Shown here: positions 27,401 to 37,700 of the stretch, piece by piece
Layout of the letters: each line of letters begins with the position of its first letter
How positions within the stretch are numbered: the stretch's first letter is position 1
Assembly: GCF_000143415.4 (NCBI RefSeq)
Contig: NW_003314264.1
Location: forward strand, 2,117,710 to 2,181,709
Length of the DNA: 64,000 nt
From: Selaginella moellendorffii
Lineage: Eukaryota > Plantae > Lycopodiophyta
Reading direction: 5' to 3'
Notes under the pieces: generated by a model
The model's input: only the letters and a program-made list of their open reading frames with translations
What the model was told of the DNA's origin: nothing
Databases searched by the model: none
Position numbers and translations under genes: made by a program

Positions 27401-27580
27401 ATGTTGTGCATGGTTGGATGCGGAAGCAGAGTGCCACCATCACCTTGCCAGACCATGCAAGAGATGCAGCAAGAGCATTCATAACCCGGGTTCAAGGTGA
27501 GATTTAATATTCCTTTACTAAGTTTCTAATGTATTTTATTTCAAGGTGAACAATCCGAATCTGAATCAGAGGAGGCGTGA
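24442..27580 (+). CDS. Sola-like DDD transposase (~1029 aa; exons 24442-27496 and 27546-27580)
   Basis: KCDEC Cys motif, IIHDKMDQKKTCLP, LLLQTDNAGSENKN, FLMVGHTHEDVDAMFS. Splice acceptor ttttctgcactttcag just before the ATG; a terminal 49-nt GT-AG intron gives ...GEQSESESEEA*. Confidence 0.75.
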
Positions 27581-30500
27581 TGGCATGTGGCCCTTTGCAC
27601 TAGTATATCTTAATACTGGTCTGAGAAATAGAATGGCATATGCCCTCAGGCCTTTTACTAAATCACCTTTGAAAGAAATGCAAGCCTCTATGTCGTAAAA
27701 AAAAGGTACTAGAGAAATTCCTTAATAATATGAATGTTATTTAGTTTCATGAAAATACACTAAGGGTCAAATGAGTTAAATGACTTCTCCAGACTAGCAA
27801 TGCCTCTTGCTACACCTTCACAATTAGATTCGTTAGAAAAAGATAACATTGAATAATATCTAAATGTTCTCACCATTAAGTTATATGTCTGGCTAATAGG
27901 AATGACGTTCATCTTGGAAAGCTCACCACACGCTCAATGAACAAACAAATAGTGTGTGCGCGCATGCCATCGCTCTTCTTTAGCTTCAGATTCGGCTTGT
28001 TCACCTTGACAATGAGATTTATTATACAACCAGATGGACTCAGTCTGGACACAAAGTCACCACGCTAGTCACCATGCCCCAGATATGTCTAGCCCCTGGA
28101 CAAAAAACATATAATTTCACGTCATTTTCAAATACTTGAAAATTTGTACCTAGTCCCATTTTACTGAATAAATCCCACTTTAACGAAATAAAGCATATTT
28201 AGTCAAGCAGACTTGACGCGGTGATGAGAAACTCATGATGTTGGCTTGCACTTGCTAGTGTTGGGAACCCCCGCGATATTAAGCTTGGTCCCTTAATATC
28301 GCTAGATGATAGCTTACTGTGTCTGCCAAACACCCTTGCTATCATGCCCTTTGTGTTGGTCTCATTTTTGTCCCAAATGCTATTTATGGAAAGTGTCCAG
28401 ATTTGCTCATTTGGCATATCTACGGAATATAGAGATTGGCCGAAACACAATGGTGTTTGTCCCATGTCCAAATTCACAATCTAAGGACATTCCATAATTA
28501 GTAAGTTTCGAACTTGTCCCAGAGACTAACTCTTAATACTAAGGGAGGCTTGGTGTGAAAGCCCAAAGCGTGTGTTCCTCAAGGGGGGGGGGGGGGGGGC
28601 TGTGTGGGGTTCCAAATGTATAGTAGGGATAGTGGGTAGGTCAGGCATGGCCAACCAGCCTGAGGCATAGTCTAGCTCCCGCTTGCGTGCCTGTCCTTGT
28701 TCTGCGTCCGGCTTGGGTCTAAGCCCAAGTTCCATTCCATGCTAGCTGCTGGAGTACCCATATCCTCACGTTAGGCCACCGGTATGCCGAAATAGTGCCA
28801 GACTCCGTTTGGCTCCGTTTTGCATGCTAGTCCTAGCAATGGGATGCTGGTTGCTCCAGGACTGTTCCAAGTCACTTCGGGCTCCTGTCCCTTCACTCCT
28901 TGGGCTATATGCTCGGGAGTTGCTTCGTGGTTTGGTTCCATCACTCCTTGGCTTCACGCTTGGGAGTTTGGCACCGTTCCTTCGTTCAGTGGCCCAAGGC
29001 CCTGAACCTCGGGTTCCACACCACGTTCCTTTGGACACATGGCATGTGACACGTGGCATCTGTCACGTGGCACAAAGAGGGTTTAGGTTCCGCTTCATGG
29101 TGTTATCCTATGGTAAATCACCATAGGATAAAAGGTCAAAACCACATGCACAACACAATCCTTCCATTGTGTAGATCAGCTATTCCATGAGGTAATTAGT
29201 CATCCACCCGTACTGCAGTCCTACGGTGGATACCTTCGTCTATGGATACTCCACACAAAAAGAAGGACGTACGCATGGATGCCCATGGATACTCCACACA
29301 AGAGGAAGGGCATATGCATGGATGCCTAATATGTATGATTTCAAATTTAGGGGTAGAAATATACTTTGCTCAAGGGTATATTATATTTTTAAGTAGCTAC
29401 TAATCAATGGGAATCAAACCCGTGCCATTTGTTCCGATACCAACTGTAACACACTTTATCTCTCTCCCCTTAAGCTAACGGGAAAAGGGGCAATTACTTG
29501 ATGAGAGAGCCCTTAATGGCTATTTTATCCCCATTTATCCTCCAAGGTTCCAAAGATCCACGGTGACAGTATATCCAGATCTCATCCCATGATCACATGC
29601 GTTACACTTCCTCACCATGTGACCGTATCCTTGGTCGCCATACCAAAGGACTACTCTTTTTCCTTTCCACAATCTAAGACTTTGGGACAACATTTCAAAA
29701 CAGCGTGGCCCTACTCGAGCCTCATAGGTACTCTCCCCACCTTCTGCCTTTGGGTGTTTCAGCCATGGACTTAGAGCGAGGTTCCATTGAGCCATGCCAA
29801 GTATCCAAGTAGATAGTGCCACCCACGCTTAAACTAGGAGCATCAACCATTCAATTTCCCAGGGGAACTAGAGCCGACTCTTGAACATTTCACCAAGTTA
29901 CCCCACTTATCAATCTGTATTTACTTTAGCCTTGGACTTCTCAGTGGTTATCTCATCACCCAACATCAGGTATAGCCTTCTTGGGCCAAACTAGCCTTTC
30001 TTGGCCAAACTGACTCCACTGGGGTCCAATCCCCACACTCTCCCTACTATACTTTTGGAACCCTCTACAGCCCCCTGCCCCCCCTAGGGGACGATCACTT
30101 TAGGCTTTCACCCAATAGCCTATATTAGTATTTGGACTTAGACTCGGGCTCGAACTCGGATTCGGACTCGGTCTTGGACTCACACTCGGCCTCGGTCTTG
30201 GACTCAAACTCGACCTTGGTCTCGAACTCAGTCTTGGTCTCGATCTCAATTTCTTAGTCTCAATCTCGGTTCTATCTTGGACTCCATTTTGGGTCCATCT
30301 TGGGTCCATCTCGAATTCCATCTTGGACTCCATCTTAGACTCTATCTTGGGTCCATCTTGGGTCCATCTTGGATTCCATCTCATACTCCATCTTGGGTCC
30401 ATCTCGGACTCCATCTTAGACTTGATCTCGGACTCCATCTCAGGTCCATCTCGGGTCTATCTCGGACTCTATCTCAGGTCCATCTTGGGTCCATTTCAGA

Positions 30501-30852
30501 CTCCATCTTGGACTCCATCTTGGGTCCATCTTGGATCCATCTTGGGTCCAACTTGGACTCCATCTCAGGTCCAACTCGGACTCCATCTCAGGTCTATCTC
30601 GGGTCCATCTCAAATCCATCTTGAACTCCATGCATTGGTCCTCTTGTGTCCTTTTTCTATAGACTCACTTACTATTTGCTTCATACTTGTTCTCGAGCAC
30701 TTCATTGAGAGTTTCACTCCCACTCTCAACTGTCCAAGTCAAAGCTTTTAGTCTAAACGTGTTACTCCTATTTGGCTTCCACTTCGGCCACTACCACGTG
30801 GCACCCTTTCGACTCCACTTTCGAGGCTTTGGGATTTGTGTCTCATAGGTTC

Positions 30853-32100
30853 CTATTCTTTGTCGGTCCCCTAAAGAGATCAAGATTTTACATGCAAATG
30901 TCAAAAAAATATTGGAAAAATCAAAAGTTGCGGATGGGTATGTGAACCTTATCTTGTGACAAAGCCTGATAGGAGTATTTATTTTTGCATTGACTATCGT
31001 CCATTAAACAAAGTGATGATCCCAGATGTGTACCCTTTTCCTTACACTACTAGTCTCTTGGATTATCTAGGGAAAAGTTGTTGGTTCACCAAGCTAGTTT
31101 TGCTTTTAGGTATTGGCAAGTACTAATGGCCAAACAAGATATTCCTAAGACTGCTTTTTGTACACTATTTGGTTTATATGAGTTCTTGGTGATGCCATTT
31201 GGTCTCAACAATGCTCTAACGACTTTCTAACGGATGATGGATGAGGTTCTTTGCAATATGTTAAAGTTGACTACTGACTTCATTGATGATGTCTTGATTC
31301 ACTTGGAGGGGACATAGGAGGAACATACCCATAATGTTTGTAAAGTGTTAGATTCACTATGGTACATTAATTTAAAGTTAAGACGGTCGAAGTGCATGTT
31401 TGGATCCAAAGATATAACTTATCTTGGGTACCATATTTCTTGTGAGAGGTTTGTAAATTGATCCTAACAAACTTATGGCTATTTTAAGGTTTTCTACTCC
31501 AAAGTGTGTGAATAATGATATGTAGAGCTTCTTGGGCAAGGTTTAGTATCTCGATTGTTTTATGGATCATCTTTCTGATCACAATGCACTATTGCAAGTA
31601 TTGTTGAGGTCATCAATATTGTTTTTCATTTGGTCTGCAGACTGTGAACGGGAATTTGTGGATTTCAAAGAGCTATTAATGATTCCTTCAGTTTTGGCAT
31701 ATCCTAATTACACTCGACCTTTCATTTTGCACGTGGATGCTTTTGATATTGGTCTTAGAGGTGTGTTGATGCAAAAGAGCTCGAGTATGCTTAGTCAGTG
31801 CTATCCTATTGCATATATCAACTATACATTATAATCGGCAGAAATGAACCACTCTATGACAGAGAATGAGTGTTTAGCAGTAGTTTGGGGTTTCGAGAAA
31901 CTTCATGCATATTTACATAGCTCTCAAATGTTACTAAAAGGAAATCATACTGCCGTTACTTCATTATTGAAGAACTTAGTTGGTCGTACTGCTCAGTGGG
32001 CTTTAAAGTTTTAGATATATGATTTTGATGTTGTTCATCACTTGGGAAGTTCTATGCCTGATGTTAATGCCCTTTTTTAAGCTTCTTTTCCTCTTTCGTT
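30853..32100 (+). pseudogene. Degenerate Ty3/gypsy pol, RT and RNase H remnant (continuation of 7366-7993)
   Basis: [49 protein letters not shown] motifs, with many stops and frameshifts. Confidence 0.85.
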
Positions 32101-32559
32101 CTCTTCTCATGTTTCTAACAAGTCTATTGTTTCAGCATTTATGGATTTTTTAGACAAGGATTTTGTGCCATTGGCAATTGTTGTACTTGACGTTCAATGC
32201 CCACAAGGTATAGAGCAAAATCTACCTTCTTTTGATAAGGTTTTTGAGGCTCAAAAGATTAAGCTCTAGATTCAAAAGCTTCAAAAAGGGTTTGAAAATT
32301 TTATATCACTTGTTGATGATTTGCCATTCTTGCATTTACATTCTTAATATCACCTTAAAGACATTCTCAATATCAAAAGAAATATTTTAAATCAGAATAA
32401 AGTTTTTAAAGCCTACATGAAAGGCATCATTATGTTTTTAATCTTTAAACAAGTATTTGTATACTAGTTAGAAAAACATTATCCATGTTGACTCAGTTAT
32501 TTTCATTGACTTAGATTTTAAGTCAACGTTGTAGAGCATAAAAAAAATGTAAATCACCA

Positions 32560-32847
32560 ATGCTTTATTTCGTTAAAGTGGGACTTATTCAGTAAAGTGG
32601 GACATTAATTAGCATGTGTCCACATGCCATTTCCTAGTACTTAATTAATATTTATTAATATTTCTATCAGTTTTTTAATTTATTTTTTTATATTTCACAA
32701 TATTATAACACAAAATCATATGAAAAGTTTTTAATTTATAAATTATAAAGTTAAAACTTCAATTTTTTATTGTTGTTATAAAAATGGCATGTGGCCACAC
32801 ACCATAAGTGGGATAATGAAAAATCCCACTTTAACGAAATAAAGCAT
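32560..32847 (-). mobile_element. 288-bp MITE of the Sola-like family
   Basis: TIRs ATGCTTTATTTCGTTAAAGTGGGA / TCCCACTTTAACGAAATAAAGCAT; subterminal ends match the large element in reverse orientation; near-TSD ACCA/ACTA; two family palindromes at about 32610 and 32784. Confidence 0.85.
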
Positions 32848-33161
32848 ACTATTGCTTGGAGTGAACATTGCTAGACAAAAAATCCACTATAAAAGCATCT
32901 CCAAAAGAAGTACACAGAGTTGACTAAGGTAAATGAACTTAAATTACATGTTTTTAGGGTTTATTAGCATACAACTATTATCTACCAATACTCACTGGGT
33001 AACATTATAAAATGACATAAAACCACTTAATACACTAATAACTGCTAAAGATTGATAGATAAATAAAAGCGAAGAATATTTGACATATGGGTTCTTGTAG
33101 TACTTAGGATAAACCATTACATAAATATTGACAAAACTTGTCTATTTTATAATTTATTTTC

Positions 33162-34010
33162 TTAACATAAAGAATGAGAACTTAATTCCCACCATATTTT
33201 ATTTGGAAATTGTACAGTAGAAATTACCAAATTACAATCATTCTGAATAGTAAAGTAATAAAGATATAAGGAACTTATATCTTGAGGATAAACTGAATTA
33301 GTTCTCCAAATTATTTGGTAATTATTGTATAAAAAGCAAATACCATTAGTTTGAAATTTTAATACACAATATACATTAACATTTTGTGATGTATGTGACT
33401 CCCAAATTTGAGTCTTCTGGAAATAAAGTACAAGATTACAATCTGTTTTTAACAATAAAATAGATTTTTTATTAGGAGAAACTAAAAAGTTACCACTATA
33501 AAGAATCATAGGACTAATAAGTGTATTAGATTCAAGAATGCATAAATATAAACCACCAAACAGTTTACTTTTTTGAAGAAGTTCTTCCCGGTTTTCTAGC
33601 TCATATCGTATGAAATAACCACTATTTTCATTTAGAAAAAAATCATAAAGATTTAGATTAAGAATACTTATATATGGATATAAAAGTCTTTCAAAACCAG
33701 CTATTAAGCTTCTTCCCTTTGTTTTTACCACTGTCTCACTTATAGAGCATTGGTATTTTGATTTAATTTCTATATTTACAATTCCACATGAAACACTAAC
33801 AGATCCTCCATCTCCATAAGTACGAGAATAATCTTCTTTGTAATGAATTTTATTTATTAAATCTGTAATTAAGCCAATAACTTTTACCATATCTTGAGCA
33901 TTTAATATTCTGGCCCTTCCAAATTTCAAATTTTGTGGAGCAATAGTTTCTTTAAAATAGAAAAATACAAGTACTAGTAAAACTATAAATATTTTAAATA
34001 TGATAGCCAT
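33162..34010 (-). CDS. Putative secreted protein with C-terminal bulb-type (GNA-like) lectin domain; intronless and AT-rich
   Basis: Hydrophobic N-terminus; LVSPNK..LLLKTDCNLVLY...IWES, LKFQTNG, IQNDCNLVI...WW resemble QxDxNxVxY B-lectin repeats. Confidence 0.7.
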   Translation of the reverse strand: MAIIFKIFIVLLVLVFFYFKETIAPQNLKFGRARILNAQDMVKVIGLITDLINKIHYKEDYSRTYGDGGSVSVSCGIVNIEIKSKYQCSISETVVKTKGRSLIAGFERLLYPYISILNLNLYDFFLNENSGYFIRYELENREELLQKSKLFGGLYLCILESNTLISPMILYSGNFLVSPNKKSILLLKTDCNLVLYFQKTQIWESHTSQNVNVYCVLKFQTNGICFLYNNYQIIWRTNSVYPQDISSLYLYYFTIQNDCNLVISTVQFPNKIWWELSSHSLC

Positions 34011-34756
34011 TATATCTTAGTACCTTTTGTGTTAAAACCTATATATTACATTTATAAGCTTTTGCTGTTTGGAAGTTTTTAAAAATAGAATAATACTATT
34101 GTTAACATATATATTAATATTTCTAATTAGTTATATGACCTAGGATCCTAATTATAATTTTATATTCCTAAAATGATAAAGCCTATGTTTATTATTAATA
34201 AACCTTTCAAATGAAGAAAACTTGAATTTACAAGTGAAATATTACCTCACTATATTGAATTTTATATTCTTGTAAACAACAGTTAACACTTAATAATACA
34301 ATCCCTTGAAATTGAAAGCTCTATTTCGTTAAAGTGGGAATTGTCATTATCCCACTTGTAAAATAAGGTTTCCAAACCTTTATATAGTATATAAATATAA
34401 CAAAATTCAACTGCATTAAGGCACATGCCATTTTATTTTAAACAAGGAAATGTCTACTCAATCACTTCTCCTCCCCCTGCCACTGCTTCACCTCTCTCTT
34501 CTCCTTGTCATTGTCGTCCAATTTCTTTCCATCCTTTTAATATTGGCTCAGTTGCTCCGAGTCTAAGTGGAGCCCAAGTCCCCATTCAATCTTTACTTTC
34601 CCCTTATTAATAAAACAACTTTGTAGACTTCCAATAACATGCTGTAACACTTCTAGTATAATGCAAATCCTCTCAAAGAATTGTTTTTAATATTAATACA
34701 ATGGCATGGAACCCCATACCATAATAAGTTACATTTTTAAATAAATACATGCCATC

Positions 34757-37700
34757 TCAGACTGTTATTTTTTGCCTCCAACGCCTATACAATAATCTTG
34801 GAATTTCATCACTCTCCACACTATCAGGATTTAAACCCAATAGTAATGCCATCTCTTCTCTAATACGTCCACGCTCATGTTCAGTGGTCGAAGAACCCAT
34901 CCGGTTGAGCAGATTATGGAGATGCAGATAGTGCTTGGCTAGACAATATACATGCCATAAATGATGACTGGTGTCTATCCAATCAAATGGCTTCTAATAT
35001 ACCGTTCCATCTGCCATTTGGTTGATTTCTGCAGCCACCTCCTAGACTGGCCGGTTCTCTATCACCATCGCTCCAAGCCGTTTTGCAAGGTCCCCCAGAA
35101 CATATGATTTCTTCTCCCTAGTTTCCATACTGCAAGAGATGGGGTGCACTGCATATGTGTGCGTGTTTGCTGCAGTTTTAATCGGCGAGTCATCGATGAT
35201 GAGGATTTCACTTGAGCTAGCAGTCCGGTTCATCACTACAGCCTCTGGCTTGACGAAGATGGGCTTGCTAACCCTCACATGGACCATAGTCAAGCAATCC
35301 TCCTGCGTTAGGAGAAAGTCAAATGGTAATATTACTCGCGTCTGATCGTGCATCATCTGTAGCAACGTTAATGCATTGTGGCGCATCATGGATGTCCAAA
35401 CTCCCAATTGCAAATTGAACCCGGCCCTCTGTTTTAATTGTCGCATGGTCATTATTAGATCCCACAGTTTCTCCCGTGTGATTAATGTGAATCTGTCTCT
35501 TTTGACCAACTTGCGACCGCAGGCTTTGGAGGGTGCAGTGACATTCGAGGACGAGCCACGCTCATGGGAGAAAAGGACACCGTTCAGATCAAAAATGATA
35601 CAGTACCTTTGCCGTGACTCTGAAATGAAATGCGTCAGCATAAAAAATGGTACAAGTCAATTTTACCATCTACAATATTAGCGAATGGTGCTCCCGATGG
35701 TCGTTGAGAGGGTTTTAGTCGAGGAAACGTGAAGGGCGGAAATACTCTCCTCTGCAATGTGGGGTCAATCGCATCCGATGGCGTGTGGGCACATGCCATT
35801 TCAGCTGTAGACTCTGGTACAACTGGCTCAACAGTGGCATGGGGTGGTTCCGATGGCATGTGATCACACGCCATTTCAGCTGGTGCCTCCGTTGGCAAAG
35901 TGGACATGACCAAACAGGCAGCAGGGGCGGTGTAGGGAGGTTCCAACGGCGCGTAGTCAGACGATTGGGCACACGTTGAGTCCGTTGGAAATGAGGATAC
36001 GACCGGCTCGGCAGCTGGGGCGGCCTCATGCGGGTCCAATGGCGCCTGGTCACCGTCAGTTGGATACGTGGACAAGATTGACTCAGTGGTATGGGCAGCA
36101 TCAAGTGGAGCGTGGTCAGCTTGCTTGGCGTTGATATGGATAGTAGCCTCTACCAGCTCTGATGACTCTTGCAGGCAAGTAGAGTCCACTAGCGGATCCA
36201 TATGCATGTCCAAATATCTCCCTTCGATTGAGATGGTATCCTCCCTACTGGCTACTAAAAACAAACTCATTAGCACATTGAATCGACTATACTGTATTTA
36301 CCATCAACTGCTATTGAGGAACTAGGACCAATATCACTTGGGCGCACTGCTGATTCTGAAGGATTGGACATCCGTTTCGACCCTTGCTTGGCACTATCCT
36401 TCCTCGACACTAAAGGCTAGAGTTTGTATCTTAATTCAACTGAATAATCTCTACTTACCATTTGCTCTGCGACCTACATGGACAATGTTAGAAATGGTAA
36501 AAGGTTAAGAATGGATGTACTATTATTTACCTGATGGTTTGTCTTGTATGACCTTCCTCCGCTGCTCTTTGGCCACCTCAGGCTGGCCATCGTCGTCATC
36601 ATCGTCGTCGTCGTTATTATGATCGTCACCATTGTGAGGACCATCCAAGTCCTCTTCGTCCTCCTCTTCTTCGTCCTCCTCTTCGTCCTTCTGCTCTTCC
36701 TGCTCATTATCTTTCTCTGGCTCCTCATCCCCCTCCTACATTTCTTCCATAGGCTGCTCAGGCTGGATGGCTTGTTCTTCCAGGACCATCTTGGGAAAAT
36801 CATCTGGCCGAGTCTCCATCTCAAAATACAAGACATCCATAGCCTGTTTTAGTGCGTGACCTAGGACCATATCCTCACCCGACTGTCTTAACATGGTTTC
36901 TGCACGTTCTTGCACCCTTCGAAGACGACGAGATGAGAAAAACGTGGCCCTGACTTGAAAAACATCCCTCATCCATTGTACCTCTCCATTGAGATTGGGG
37001 AAGGGGAGTCCGCCATAGGAATCTGAGTCAGGAGGTGGTGACTGGCTGCTTTCACTCAGCCCTTGATCTGCAATGAATGGCATGAGCACACACGCCATAA
37101 CCGCGAGGTATTACCTATCATCTTTTCGTTGCCCTTCTTCCTTTTCGAATCAAACGCCTCTGATCTCGACGACTGTCCAACGTGCTTTCGCTTTTTATGA
37201 CCACTGTCAGTTTGAGCTTGGCTGGTGCTTGCCTGTTTTGCCTTTGAAGAAGTTTCTCCTGCAAGGAATGGCATGAGACCACACGCCATTGCAAATATAA
37301 TTTGTACCTCCTTTTTTCCTATTGCTTTTCTGTTTGTCCTTCTTCGATGCGCCACCAGTGCGCTTTTCAGTCCTCGTGTCTGAATATTCACAACGATCTA
37401 TAATCAAAATGGTGTGAGGCCTCACGTGACCTTACCTTGTGCAGGTTGTGAGCTCGGCCCAACATGGGTATCTTCAACAGTAGCTGTTAACGCCGTTTCA
37501 GCATCTGGGGGTGGCCACACTCCTGCATACAGAGCTTGTGAGATAACATTTAAACTTAAAGTGCGTACTCACTAGGTTCGCAGAGAAGATACTGTTTTTC
37601 TTTGGCAACTGTAATTATATGCTCCATTGAAGTCACCTTTTCAATGGAGTTTGTCACCGCAACACACGGGACACCCTTGAGTAATGCGGCTCAAAAGAAT

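Larger units (their letters stand above)
15259..28196 (+). mobile_element. Large Sola-like TIR DNA transposon, copy 1 (12.9 kb; intact transposase ORF)
   Basis: TIRs AAGCTCTATTTCGTTAAAGTGGGA ... TCCCACTTTAACGAAATAAAGCAT; collinear with copy 2; no matching TSD at this copy. Confidence 0.85.
7994..30847 (-). mobile_element. Outer non-autonomous LTR element (LARD-like), older and heavily nested
   Basis: TSD GGTTC at 7989-7993 and 30848-30852. Left LTR is 7994-8638 plus 14901-15157, followed by a reverse-complement PPT (ACTCCACCACCC). Right LTR is about 29445-30847, with a reverse-complement Met-type PBS at about 29431-29442. Confidence 0.75.

Noticed and set aside
15259-28196. Classification as CACTA/En-Spm, hAT, Mutator or Helitron
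   Set aside because: No CACTA termini, TSD is 4 bp (not 3, 8 or 9), no Rep/helicase; core motifs fit a Sola-like transposase better.
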